From NCBI GenBank assembly GCA_047967505.1, contig CM106538.1: a stretch of 64,000 bases of DNA, one strand, 5' to 3'. The notes under the pieces were generated by a model. The model made no database searches. It was not told where the DNA came from and saw nothing but the letters and a program-made list of their open reading frames with translations. Below are positions 50,984 to 64,000 of this stretch, one piece after another. Both the position numbers and the translations under genes were made by a program. Each line of letters starts with the position of its first letter. Positions within the stretch are counted from its first letter, which is position 1. This stretch comes from Dipteris shenzhenensis (lineage: Eukaryota).

Positions 50984-52908
50984 TTTTTTTTTTTGTGAAA
51001 CCAGTAACTATAAAATTAACATGAAATCTATGTGATATTAGACTCCAAAAGAGAGCCTAATGGAAGAACTTAAAAACAGTCAGAAAACACTTCAAGGCTA
51101 GTAGCATCCAAGTCCCTCGCAGCATAACTATCATATAAAGATTGCTTGAGGGACATTCTGAAGAAAGCATATGCCTGAGGAAACTGTTGTCCCATCCTAA
51201 AATGCAATCTCTGTGTCCAAATAGTCCATAGTACCCAAAAACGAGCCTAGTGAAAGAAAAGGAGGAATGGTGACATCTGAGATGAGAAGCATCCAAACAT
51301 CCAGAAGAGTTTCCCAAATCTGATAGAGGGAAACCGAAGCCGCAGCAAATGAGAGACATGAGTGATCAATATCCGAGAGTGCGGGCAAGACCATAACAAA
51401 TGGGGAACTGTCTCACGGTGATGAGAGCAACGGGGGCAGGAAGAGGAAGCAATACGACATGCTGCCAATTTCACCCCAATGGAAAAAGCTCCCACTATAC
51501 ATCTCCAAAAGAAAAGCCTCTGTTTAATGGCAATTTAGCTTTCCAAATTTTCTTGAGTTGTGATTGCCACCAAGATAAAGGCCTATCCAAAGTCCAAAGA
51601 GTGTTGGCATGCTTATCAATCCATGGCGGTGGAAGAAGAAATCTGTAGACCATTAAGGAGGCCAAATTACGCATTGAAAGTGAACAGGGAGCAGGAGATA
51701 AGGAAGTCAGATTCCAGTCCAGTAATCTGTCCTGTGCAAACAGTGGAGGAATAGGAACAAATGGCTGCAACATTGTTGTAAGTATTCTCCAAATGGGCCT
51801 ATGATGCAGACCCAAGGGGAATGTCCTGCAAGCTTGTGGAAATGAAAACATATAACCATGTTGATCCACAATATCTCCGACAAATCTTATGCCCAATTTC
51901 ATAAGATTATATGCTTTAATAGGTGCATGTAAAGCAAGAGGCGATTCAAACACCTTGCTCCAATGGATGCTTTCCAAGCGAAGAGAATTACCATGATGGG
52001 AAGAAGCATCTGACCATTTAGCATAAGAGAGAATTCTCTTCCAATCATGAATAAAAGCAGTAGAAACAGGACAGCTAGGAATTTTCCCCTGAGATGTGGT
52101 CATGACTGCTTCCCAGTGATCTGTAATCCAATGCCCATATGCATGGGACGTCATGTTTCCACACATAGCTGCTAACATAATAGCCCATGGCTGTTTTTGC
52201 TGAAAAAAATCAGCAATCATGGTGCTCTTTCTTGCCAACATATGAAATTGAAGATTGAGAATATTCAGTTCCCCATGAGTCTTAGGAGAACAAACAGACT
52301 GCATGGGAAGTAGTCGCAAAGCCTTTTTGTGAGATTTGCTTTTCCAAAATATCTCCATAGCCTGGGACGTATAGGAAGCCAAATGCTTAAAAGACTAGGG
52401 AAGAAGAGGCAAATAAAATTGCACATATGTCATAATGATAGACTGTACTATCCGAAGTCGAACATGTAGAGGCCAAGTGGACAAGTGCCAGTATTCCAGC
52501 TTCTTGTTAATCTTTTGAAGCACCCATTTGAGCTGTTGTTGAGGGGTAATATTCCAGCCAATGGGATACCCTAAATGCCTCACAATAGTATGGGAAGAAA
52601 TAATGTGACTTGGCCAGAGAAGTGCATGCCAATCAGCTTCTTTCAATGCTAGAAGATTCGATTTCTGAAAGTTGATATGCAGTGCAGCAGCTATGCCAAA
52701 GTCATTCAGAGTATGCATCAAATGAGAGAGGTCACTTTGAGAATTCCTGGGCATGAAATATGAATCATTAGCATATGCCTGTGCAAGAAACGGCTGTGCC
52801 CTTGGAATTTGCAAGCCATGAAGCTGCCCTGTATCTGCAAGATGGTCCATATGCAACAATAACGGATGAGTAGCAATGGCATACAGTAGCGAACTAACAC
52901 ACGCACGC
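50984..52908 (-). mobile_element. 5'-truncated L1-like LINE (RT C-half, zf-RVT) with poly(A) tail
   Basis: QAYANDS, LHINFQKS, VRHLGYPIG, and CPRCSHHRETVPHLLWSCPHS; T-run at 50984-50994 next to a (CA)n tract. Confidence 0.85.
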
Positions 52909-53301
52909 AAAAAAAAAAAAAAAAGTAGAAGAAGAAGCTTCTAGGGTGGAAGAAGAAGCTTCTAGGGTGGATCCCGTAGAGTCGGGAGTCCAACCGACCC
53001 CGCAGGTGGTGTTGCGCCCAGCAAGCCATACACTATGTGGTAGAATTGCATTGGAGGATGCCTTGCAATAAATTTTAGCGCAACAGTTACAAGCAAATGT
53101 AGGGCAATCCGAGCTCAGGAAAATGGTTCATAGTATGTCTACTAGACCATCTCGTGAAGAGAAAGGTAAATCTCCAATGGACCCTGAAACCAGTGTTCAT
53201 ACGGTCGAGCCTAGGAGGGCTAAGGTGCCTAATATTGCCAATTATAGGCCAGAAAAGTATTCTGGTCGGATGTCTGACCGTAGTTCCGATATCATAGAGA
53301 T

Positions 53302-56300
53302 TGAAGGATCGTTAAACGAAAGAGAGTTTAAGGTACAGAGAGATGATAGATGAATAGCCATCACGTCAACTAGTGCAATAGAATAGAGAAGTACATAGTA
53401 CTTGTACCTAGACCCTAGGACTAACTGTCCTTGGTGTCACATAGGACTAAGAGTCCTATGTGGCATAAAAGGCACAAAATAAACTAAGTGCCTATAACTA
53501 TGCCTACAAGGCACATACCAGGGCCCATGGGGCATCACTAGAACTGGGAGAAGATGGTCTACAAACCCCCCTCCATGGTATGGGCTGAAGTATTCTGGAA
53601 ACGTCTCAGAATACCTGGTATTTTCTGGTCATGGTAGCACATGTTCATCCAAAAGGATATAGCCACCTATGAATGTACAAGGTATGTCAGATCATGTAAC
53701 AATGGGAACCAAGTGTAAAGCCTGTTGGAAGACTTCGAACTTGGGACGAGGAAGTGCCTTTGTAAACAGATCTGCTATGTTGTCCTCTGTGGGAAGATAG
53801 GACAACTGTATGTCTCCTGCTGACAACCGCTCTCGAACATAATGATAATGAACTTCAATGTGCTTGGTACGTGCATGAAACATTGGGTTACGTGCAATGG
53901 CCAAAGCACTCTGACTGTCAGTGTAGACCATGGTAAAGGATGTCTGGCGAATACCAAGATCTATAAGTAAGTGTCGAGCATGCATAGTAAGTGAACCCTG
54001 ATCACCATAGAAGAGGGCTAAATCTTGAGTGCCTCTGAGATATCTGAAAACTCTCTTCATTGCCTGCCAATGCTGTGAACTAGGCATGTGCATGAATCTG
54101 CTGAGCTGAGATACTGCATCTGCAAGTCAGGTCTGGTGTGACATAAGTAAATGAGGCATCCAACAGCCTGCTGGTAAAGAGTGATATCACATGGTGGGCT
54201 CCCATCATGAGCTGAAAATTTGAAGCCAGGGTCCACCAGAGTAGAGATTGGCTTGTAATCTTCGAACTAGCTGTCCAATATACTTGGACTGTGACATCAT
54301 GATACCCCCCTCAACATGAGCAAACTGAATGCCCAAATAATAGTGGAGCTGTCCCATGTCTGACATTTCAAAAACCTGCTGCAAATTAGCCTTGAAAGCT
54401 GCAATATGCTGAGTATCTGGGCCCGTGATGAGCATATCATCCACATATAAAATCAGCACTAAAAAATCAGATCCACTCCCACAGACATAAAGAGTGGGTT
54501 TTGTAGGGCTATTCTGAAAACCAAGAGATAGTAAGTGTGCATGAATCTTTGCATACCATGCCTTGGGTGCCTGCTTTAAACCATAAAGGGCTTTTCGAAG
54601 CCGGCATACCTTGTTTTCAGAATTAACAACCTCAAAGCCAGGAGGTTGTGTGACATAGACTTCTTCCTGCAGATCCCCATGAAGAAAAGCAGTCTTGATG
54701 TCAAGTTTGTGCCAATGGTGATGGGCTGCAATGGCAATGACACATTTAATGGTAGTAATCCTTGATGTGGGAGCAAATGTTTCTTCAAAGTCAATGCCTT
54801 GTTGTTGGGCATACCCTTTTGCAACAAGATGGGCTTTTGTGTTGATCTATACTGCCATCAGATTTCCTTTTTAATTTGTAGACCCACCGCGTACCAATGG
54901 CATGCTTGCTGGGGGGGGATCTACTAATTCCCATGTGTCATTTTTGGCAATGGATTGTAACTCAGCTCTCATTGCATCCATCCACTCTTTGCTGTCAAAA
55001 GCATCTTTATGGCACAAAGGCTCTTCATTGCAAGCTGTAGCAAGGAGTGCAAACTCAAGAAAGTGACCATGCATCTGTTTATTCCCTGATCTTGTCCGGG
55101 CAGCAAAAGGCTGATCTTGTTTGCTGTTCCTCAACGTATCAAGAAGCCATCTGGGAACTTGCCTTTGCTGTCTATTGACAGCTCTTTCTTCAATCACTGC
55201 ATCATGAATAGTGGGATCATTTTGTGCTGGAAGAGAAACCTGCAAATCAGCATGGGGTACTGGCTGATCATTGCTTGTTGGAGGGCCTGTAGGAGGCTCA
55301 TGTTGCTGGTCAAAGTCTCCCTCTGAGGAAGGAAGAGGTAACCAAGAGTCAAAGGCATCAAACATGTCAACTTCTGGCTTAGCTTTGCAGTCCATAAGAG
55401 GAGAAGCCGAATGTTCAGCATAGATGACATCTCTACTGACAATAATCTTCCCAGTATTTGGTTGGTATAACCTATACCCTCTGCTTATACCCTTTGCTTT
55501 CCTGACTGTAACCAATAAATATGCATTGATTGCCTTGTCATCAAGCTTATGTATTAGCTGAGATGGTACATGAACATATGCAAGAGACCCAAAAACTCTC
55601 ATATGTGAAAGTGAAGGCTTCCTGCCTTTCCATGCTTCATAAGGTGTAACAGCCTTCAATGCCTTTGTAGGTGATCTATTCAGCACATAGTTGACACACA
55701 TTACTGCATCAAGCCTAAACTTATTGGGCAAGGACTTAGCGTTAAGCATGCATCTGGCCATCTCCATAGTGAACCTGTTTTTCCTTTCAAGAACAGGATT
55801 ATGCTGAGGAGTGTAAGGAGTAGTGCATGAGTGAACAATGCCCCGTGATGACAAAAGTGCATCAACCTCCTTTGACATATACTCTCCCCAACTATCTGTG
55901 TTGAGGGTGACAAGCTTGCATCCTTATTTATTCTCAACCATATTCAGCCACCTCTGAAAGCATAAGAACACTTCAGATTTGGCTTTTAAAGCATATACCC
56001 AGAAATATCTAGTGAAGTGATCAATGAGAGTCATGAAATATTTGTACCCCCCAATGGCATTTGTCCTCATTGGGCCACAGACATCACTGACTAGCTGCAA
56101 TTTCCTTTGTGAGAGTTTTGGACAATTCTTTTGAAAAGGAAACCGATGCATCTTACCCAAAAGACAACCCTCACACACATGTTTGGAAACTGTGTGAGTT
56201 TGAGGTACATCATTTGCCATCTGCTGTGAATGTAGCTTTGCAAGAGCTCTAGAATTGAGATGACCCATTCTCTCATGCCAAAGATGAGTTTCAGCAAGCT

Positions 56301-58040
56301 GTGAATCTGAAATAGCAAATGAGCATCATTAGCAGTAAAGAGTGCATCAACTTTGGAGGGATCAAATGAGCAATGGACAGCCCATGCCCAATCATCCTGG
56401 AGAGCATGTGCATGTGAAGCATCTGCTGGCTCATGGGATTCAGTTGCATGTGAGGCATTAACTGTCAACTTTGCTTTCTTTTTCTCAGAAGCAGTGTGCT
56501 TCCTGCATTCTGAAATGTCATGTTTAGGCTTGCGACAATAGTTGCATCTTTTCTTCTTTGACTTATCTGCTGTATTTTTAGATGCATTGGAGGAATTGCC
56601 ACTGCTATGCGCACATTTAGGCTTGCCCATAGGCTTGGAAGCCTTGCCTCTTCCTGTCTGCTGTGAAGCAAATGCATGATTAGGAATAATGGCTTGTATA
56701 TTAGCACGACTTTTCTCTTGCTGCAAAAGCAAAGTAACTGGCTGATCAAAAGACTAGTGGTCTGGATTACCCATGGCCACTAACCGAAGGGTTGTAGCAA
56801 ACCCTTGATATGTATCTGGTAGTCCATTCAATGTGGTATTGACAAGCTGAGAATTTGGCACCACCTCATCAATATTGGCAAGTTGTTCCATGAGGTTCTT
56901 GACCTTTGTCAGGCATGCATCCATAGAATCATCTTCATTCATTCTGACTTCCTACAACTGTCTTCTTAAAAATGCAACACGTGCCTCATTGCGAATCTGA
57001 TAAAGAGAAGCCAATTTGTCCCAAGCATCCTTTGCTGTCCTGCAAGACTGGATGTGTGGAATAGTCTCCAATCTGACCCACTGTATTGCAATCAAACAAG
57101 AAATTGCAGACTAAATCCCAAATCTCTAGTGTTCTTGCAAGAAGTTGCAACTAGAGGGGATGAAAGATATTGAAAGCCCCAAATTTGCCAATGTCCTGCA
57201 AAAGCCCCAACACTAGTTCACAGCCAATCCCAAAACAGATACGGAACCTGAAGACAGCTTCGCACGTGTAAAACTGTACGGAACTCTCGGGACAAGTACA
57301 AGCTGTACGGATAGCTCTTGTACGGATGTATGGAGCAGATCCAATGTACGGTGTACGGTGTAGGTATGGAGCAGGTATGTGATTGTACGTATGCAGGTAC
57401 GATATACGGAACAATACGGAATCCAATGTACGGCACATGTACAATGTACGGAGGCTGTACGGAATGTAAGTGCGAAACCTTCTGTACGACTGTACGGAAG
57501 ATATAGGCGCAGTACTTTTGCTGTACGGAAGCCTGGTGTACGGAATCACAGGTGTAAGCAAGTCTTCACGTGGCTGTATGGCGACGTAGGTACGGAGTGA
57601 GTACAGAACGCAGTAGTGAGCAATACGGAATGTTTCGTATGGCGGGTGTCCTGTGTGCAGGTTGTTTGTACGGACGTCCATACAGTCGTACGGACTGTAC
57701 GGATGGAGGAGCAGGTAGGTTGAGGGAGCTGGTGCAAGTCTAGGAGCAGGAGACGAGTCAAACGTGGCTCTGATACCACTGAAGGATCGTTAAAGTAAGA
57801 GAGTGCAAGGTACAGAGAGTCGATAGATGAAGAGCCATCACGTCAACTAGTGTAGTAGAATAGAGAAGTACATAGTACTTATACTTAGACCCTAGGACTA
57901 AGTGTCCTAGGGATCACATAGGACTAAGTGTCCTATGTGGCATAAAAGGCATATAATAAACTAAGTGCCTATAACTATGCCTACAAGGCACATACTAGGG
58001 CCCATAGGGCATCACTAGAACCGGGAGAAGATGGCCTACA
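53302..58040 (-). mobile_element. Ty1/copia LTR retrotransposon inserted in gypsy gag
   Basis: LTRs 53302-53563 and 57780-58040; TSD GAGAT/GAGAC; PBS at 57767-57778; PPT next to 53564; CNYCRKPKHDISEC, MGHLN, SDVCGP, YVDDMLI, HARTKHIEVHYHYVRE; protease and part of RNase H deleted. Confidence 0.93.
57240..57705. repeat. GTACGG(A)-rich motif array in the copia 5' UTR
   Basis: Many tgtacgga/tacgga copies; a similar array lies at 20725-20960. Confidence 0.8.
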
Positions 58041-58252
58041 GAGACCTGGTTACACAAATGGGACGAGGCTTTCGCCATTTGTGAAATCAAGAATGATATG
58101 AAGAAAATCCGCGAGGCCACCCACAGGGCCCATAGGGCATCACTAGAATTGGGAGAAGATGGCCTACAGAGACCTGGTTACACAAATGGGACGAGGCTTT
58201 CGCCATTTGTGAAATCAGGAATGATATGAAGAAAATCCGCGAGGCCACCCAT
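57997..58252 (+). repeat. 128-bp tandem duplication spanning the copia LTR / gypsy gag junction
   Basis: Units start at 57997 and 58125. Confidence 0.9.
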
Positions 58253-61200
58253 ATGTTTAATGAGGCAGTAGATAGGTGGTGGACAAAACAGTAGAAAGAT
58301 GGAGTGGAATCCACTACTTGGGAGGGGTTTAAAACAGAATTTAGCAAATTCTCCTTACCTCCTAACGAAGCATCTCGAGCTTGGGATCAGTATCGAAACC
58401 TTCGTCAGAGAAATTTATCAGTGGCGGAATACACTGATAAGTTGAGAGAAAGTGTAATGAAAGTTTATGAACCTCTACCTCAGTCAATCCAGGTAAAAGA
58501 TTTTATCTTTGGATTGAATGATCGAATCAAGATGGAAGTTCGGGTTAAGTACGCGAACACGCTAGATGAAGCATTTGCCATAGCCTTGAACTATGAGGAT
58601 ACCAAAGAGAATATACCAAGTGGGTTTGTGCAGGTTGGGACTCGGTATGATTACTCGAAGAAAACGGGGTTTAAGAAGAAGTGGATCAGCACAGGGAGTG
58701 CTTCACAGTCTAGTGGTGAAGCCATGTAGGCGAAGCCAGTTGAGACTCCTAAACCAAGTACCACCATTGGAATGAAAAGAAAAGTAACACCAATGGCAGT
58801 CCGGGCTTGGTCGAAGTCTTCTTTGAACCTAGAGCAAAGAGAAAAAGCGAGGAGAGAAGACTTGTGTTTTGGATGCCTTCAGCCTCATCAGTGGAAAGAT
58901 TGTCCATGAAACAAGGATCGTCGGATGGCTGAGATGGTGATCTCAGAATGTGACGTGGAAATGGAGAGAAGTCCCAAAGCAGAACAGATGCAGATTCAGC
59001 TAGCAGGATCTTCTCAAAGGTCAGTACCTGTGTTGTTATGTGTGTCTGTTGCTAAGCTAGTAACTAGTGCACCTGATAATGTCTTGTGAAAGCTCGCAAC
59101 AACAGGGTATACAGTTTTGAACGATACGGAGTTAATTAAGATGAAGGGACAAGTAGCTTATCATGACGTCAGTGTGTTGTTTGACTCTGCATCAACGTAT
59201 AATGTAATTAACTCCAAGCTTGTAAAGAGGCTGAAATTAAAGACTAGCCCATCTGACTATGCATATACAATCAGAATGGTAGATGGAAGTTCAATTGAAG
59301 TATGGGACCAAAGGGTTACCCAATTGGAACTTTGAATTCAGGACTATGTTGAGAAGCTTGATTTTGAAATGACAAAGCTTGCTCATGTAGACATAGCCTT
59401 GGGTAAGGCTTGACATTCTAGGAATAATCCAGCCATAGATTGGAAAAAGCACATTTATCAATTCAAGATGAATGATGTGCTATATGTCTTGTGAGGTGAA
59501 AAAGATATACCTCAAGGACCGTTGGTTTCCGCAATGGAAGTTCGAAAAGCTCAAGATATAGCGTCGGTAGAGCGGATTGATGGTCCTTCGGCTAGCACTG
59601 ATGTTACCCAAAATGAAGAGATGGTCAAGTTGGCTGATCAAATAGCAGAGGAGTTCTCTGATTATTTTAGGGATGAGTTATCTCATGGGTTAGCTCCAGA
59701 GCGGAATGTCCAGCATAAGATTGAACTAATCCCGGGGGCAGAACTTGTAAATAGATCTCCCTATAGGTTAAGTTTTACCGAAGAAGCAGAGGTACGAAGA
59801 CAACTGGAAGAATACCTCAAGCTGGGGTAGATTCAACCCAGTTTCTCACCTTTTGCTTCGCCAATGATTTAAAAAAAAAAGATGATACTTTTTGCCTTTG
59901 TATAGATTTCAAAGCGTTGAATAATATCACTATTAAGCATAGGTATCCGATGGCTCAGATTGATGATTTACTAGATGGAATACATGGGGCTGTAATTTTC
60001 AGTAAGATAGATTTTAAATGTGGCGACCATCAGATCTGTATTAGAGACGAGGATGTGCATAAAACCGTTTTTAGAAGCAGGTTTGGACATTATGAGTTTT
60101 TGATAATGCCGTTTGGACTTACCAATGCTCCAGCTATATTCGTCATGCTTATGAACGATTTACTACGTCATGAAGTTTGTAGTATATTTATTGACGATAT
60201 TCTTGTGTTCAGTAAAAGTATTGTTGAGCATCACGAATACTTAAGAATAGTGTTTAATACTTTAAGAAAAGCCAGTCTTTTATGTAAATAAAAAGAAAAT
60301 TGTACTGTGTATGGCAAGACTTGAATATTTAGGATTCATTATTACTCCTGAGGGGGTAGAAATAGATCCAAAGAAAGTGGCGGCGATACTGACTTGGCCT
60401 ATCTCTCAGAGTTTGACCGCTTTGCAATCATTCTTGGAATTTGTCGAATTTTATCGAAGGCATATCAAAGGATATCCCGAAATAGTATGCCATTGATTGA
60501 TCTGACCTCAGATAAAGTACCTTTTATATGGGGACAGAATCAACAGGAGAGTTATAACACATGTGGTCTCAGGACCGGTGTTAAAAATAGTTGATCCCCA
60601 GATACCGTTTTTCCTTGAAACTGATGCAAGTGGCATTGTGGTAGGAGCAGTTCTTCTCCAAGAGGGAAAGCGAGTAGCCTTTGAAAGCAACAAGCTTTCT
60701 CCCTCTCAACAAAATTGGCCAACTCATGAATCAGTTGTATGCTGTTGTTGATGCTTAGAAAACGTGGAGACATTATTTGTATGGGTTAGAGTTTTATGTT
60801 GATGTTGATCATGATACTCTGAAACATTTTTGTAAACAACCGGACTTGAGAGGCCGCCAAGTTAGGTGGGCAGAACTCATACAGGAGTTTAACTTGACGA
60901 TTCGGTACCAAAGAGGGAAGGATAATAAAGTTGCAGATGCGTTGTCACGTATTATGCATAATATGAGTTTCGCGGTATTAGAGAGTGCTCTAATGACCGA
61001 GATTAGAGAAACTCAAAAGGTGGACGAGTTCGTCCAGAGCCTTTGGCATAAGGCTCATGTATTTAAACCCAGGGAAAAGGGTGACCTGGCATCTAGAAAA
61101 GGCAAAACTTATGCAATATATACCATAAGAGATGGTATGCTGAAAAGAAATGGCAAGGTAGTAGTACCTAATCAGAATGATCTCAGGCAGAGAGTCATTC

Positions 61201-62622
61201 AACAATGCCATGATAGCCCATGTGCGGGACATCCAAGAGTTGAGAAAACGTATGATCTTGTGAAGCGAGATTTCTTTTTGCCAAAAATGAAAAAACATAT
61301 TCATGAATATGTGACACGTTGTTTTTCGTGTTAGGTAAGTAAGGCAGAGTGGGTGAAGCCACCTGGACTTTTACAACCTTTGGAAATACCACTAGGTAGG
61401 TGGGAGAGTATTTCCGTGGACTTTATTGTAGGTCTGCCTACGACACAAGGTGGATATGATTCTATCCTTGTAATAGTTGATCGTCTTATCAAGATGGCTG
61501 TTTATTTGACGTATTTTAGTAAGCACTGGGTTTGCCCAAGAGACTCCACGGGTCTTTAGAAACCCAGTATAGCTGCTTATGCTTGGGCATTGACGACATA
61601 AGTGTTTCTTTGCTTGCTAAGTATGTCTTCCTTTTGTTTTTCATTAAAGTTTTTGTTTACCTCTTTTTTCTTCTCTTTCATTTTCTCTTTTATATTCTTT
61701 GTAGATTTTTGATCTTTAGAACAACAAAAAATCTAAATTTGTATGATTGGACTTATTCCAGTCTTACAAAGGTATATATTAGAGCATATGTGTCATTGAG
61801 GCAACATACATAGGACAAGTGGTTACCACTGTTAGAATTTGCCTATGATAGAAAACATTCCTCTACAGGGTTTAGTACGTTTGAGCTGAACTATGGTTAT
61901 AGATCAGTAAATTTAATTACAGTTGGAGTATCTCAGAAAGTGCCTAGTGCTGCGAACTTTGTGATTCAGATGCGGGAGATGCTAGCACTTGCGAGAGCTA
62001 ACATCCGTCAAGCTATGGATAGAGCTAAGGTGTATGCGGATGAAAACATATCCGTTAGAGAATTTAAGGAAGGAGAAAAAGTTTTTCTCAGAGTTCCTTC
62101 GCACTCTAAGTCTTTGACTGCAGGAGAGTATGCTAAGTTATCACCTCGATATTATGGGCCCTGGTTAATTCTAAAAAGAATAGGCAAGGTAGCCTATAAA
62201 TTAGAATTACCACAGGGTTGTAAGGTGCACCCAGTGTTTCATGTTTCTCGTTTAAAGAAATTTTTGCATACATGTGACTCACCAATCGAGGGTATTGTTT
62301 TGTTTCAGGAGATAGAGGATAATGCAGGACGTAAACCAACAAGAATCCTGGACCGAGGAACAATGCAAGTATGCAATCGGAAGATACCCACGGTGTTGGT
62401 TGCATGGCATGGTTTACCTCTATCAGAAGCTACTTAGGAATCCGTATACCAGTTACGGAGAGTGTTCCCAAACTTTATCATTGAGGACGCTGGTGCATGA
62501 AGAGGGAAGGAATGTTTTGTTACCTACCACATGGAGTGTGGATTGCCATGGGACAGTGTTGGTTGCCTCGCATTGATTTAAGAGAAGAGGCACAATGTCT
62601 CCTTATCAGGGTGATAGATAGG

Positions 62623-63363
62623 CATTAGGAAAAAAGGGAGCTCATTTTGGGGCCCTGTAAGAAATTCACTATTTTCTCTTTTCTCTCTCTATAAAAGCAA
62701 GAAAATATAGATACTTGCATGAGAAATGTCAGTGTGAAAAGGAATAAATATATTCTTTCACATGCTTTACATTCAATGTTCATATAAGAGCAACACTTTT
62801 CTGTGCAGAATTTGGTGATTCTGACACCGCAGACGCGTCCGGAACGGCCCAAAACCCCAAGAACGGCACTGGAAACGCTGGAATCGGACATCCGGAGGCC
62901 CGGAAACGGCCAAAAAAGGCCGAAAAACGCGATTTGCAGAAAAACGCGATTTGGTACTTTTGAAATCCAGCGTTTCCAGTGCCGTTCTTGGGGTAATCTC
63001 CAAAGTACCAAATCGCGTTTTTCTGCAAATCGCGTTTTTCAGCCTTTTTTGGCCGTTTTCGGGCCTCTGGATGTCCGATTCCAGCGTTTCCAGTGCCGTT
63101 CTTGGGGTTTTGGGCAGTTCCGGACGCATCTGCGGTGTCAGAATCACCGAATTCTGCACAGAAAATAAATGTTTTAAAGATTCAAATTAGATCACCTCAT
63201 TAATGTGACATGCTTCTACGAACATATAATACTATTTCTTTTTCTTATTTTCATCTTCTTTTGTTGAATTTTCAACGTTACGTTGGCCCACTCCTGATTG
63301 GTTGAGAGCCTATTTTCTCTCTCTTCTAAAAGGCCCCAAAATGAGCTTCCTTTTTTTCTAATG
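62623..63363. mobile_element. 741-bp non-autonomous TIR element (MITE-like) related to the 7396-23369 transposon
   Basis: Ends CATTAGGAAAAAAGGGAGCTCATTTTGGGGCC / GGCCCCAAAATGAGCTTCCTTTTTTTCTAATG; subterminal sequences match those of the large element in reverse orientation. Confidence 0.9.
62797..63165. repeat. Internal inverted repeat, ~164-bp arms (62797-62960 / 63002-63165)
   Basis: Arms are near-perfect reverse complements; the ORF track shows mirror-image ORFs on both strands. Confidence 0.92.
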
Positions 63364-64000
63364 TAGTGTGTATGGCTTTTGTAGGTGTTGTGCGAGCTCT
63401 TTGTGAGCCTATGCATGTGTAAAGCCTTTGTAGCTTATTACTGAAGACTTATAAACCTCCACAACAAGCACAGTAGTGATGCGTGGAGGTCTCTAAGTAT
63501 TTCTTAAATATTAATATAAAGCTTTAACTCAATTCTGTACTGTCATTTTATGTGTTGCTTACTTATGCTAGCTTCTATCTCTGATTGCCAACAGTGTTGT
63601 GCGTCCATTTTGTCTTTGACGTTGTGCGTCCCTTTTGCCTTTGATGTAGGGAGAGACTCTTGAGGCTCACCATTAGACAGGGAGCTGTACAACAAAGGCT
63701 AGTGCTCGCAAAGTGGACACCATGAGAGGGGAAGACAAGAGAAAAGGGAGCAAGAGAGAGTGAGAGTGACACAATAGTGCAGGTGTGAAGTGATGAGTGA
63801 GTCACACCACAAACTCACTTAAGTTTTATTAGGATTAGGTTTACCCTATGACTGTCTTAAGACAGTCATAGGTGTCCTAACTTTAATTCTTTAATATAAG
63901 GGTAGGCAATGTGCCTTTACCCCAACAACCTCCCACCTAAAGGCCAATGTGCCTAAAGGGGAGAAAAGAATAAAAATACAGCAATATACAGTTACTGTAT

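Larger units (their letters stand above)
47442..62512 (+). mobile_element. Ty3/gypsy chromovirus-like LTR retrotransposon (degenerate) with nested L1 and copia insertions
   Basis: LTR ends ...GTGTGACA at 49892; PBS TGGTATCAGAGC at 49896-49907; gag from 53123 (RPEKYSG...IETWL), protease LFDSAST, RT FIDDILVFS, RNase H ETDASG, integrase HDSPCAGHP...WESISVDFI, chromodomain VLVAWHGLPLSEAT; PPT ~62499-62512. LTR start approximate. Confidence 0.88.

Noticed and set aside
62625-63190. Several 80-128 aa ORFs on both strands
   Set aside because: Artefacts of a GC-rich palindrome; the ORFs mirror each other.

Overview
TE-rich genomic DNA from a land plant. The spliceosomal introns of 5 to >17 kb packed with retroelements suggest a large-genome lineage such as a fern, but the host is an inference. 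Two host genes point away from each other: the first two exons of poly(ADP-ribose) glycohydrolase (PARG1-like, minus, ~4.2-4.9 kb) and eight exons of the CDF transporter MTP5/MTPc2 (plus, 26116-47018; last exons not found in the window). The main discovery is a ~16-kb DNA transposon between them (7396-23369) bounded by 32-bp TIRs (CATTAGGAAAAAAGGGAACTC(G/A)TTTTGGGGCC). It carries decayed, intron-containing genes for (i) a RAG1/Transib/Chapaev-type DDE transposase with the CxxC and H-x4-H zinc motifs, (ii) a histone H3/CENH3-like fold followed by a Ulp1/C48 SUMO-protease domain and a further domain, and (iii) a convergent gene of unknown function, plus an array of ~65-bp palindromic repeats. 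A 741-bp non-autonomous relative with matching ends lies at 62623-63363. The rest is nested Ty3/gypsy, Ty1/copia and LINE elements, several with TSDs, PBS and PPT visible.
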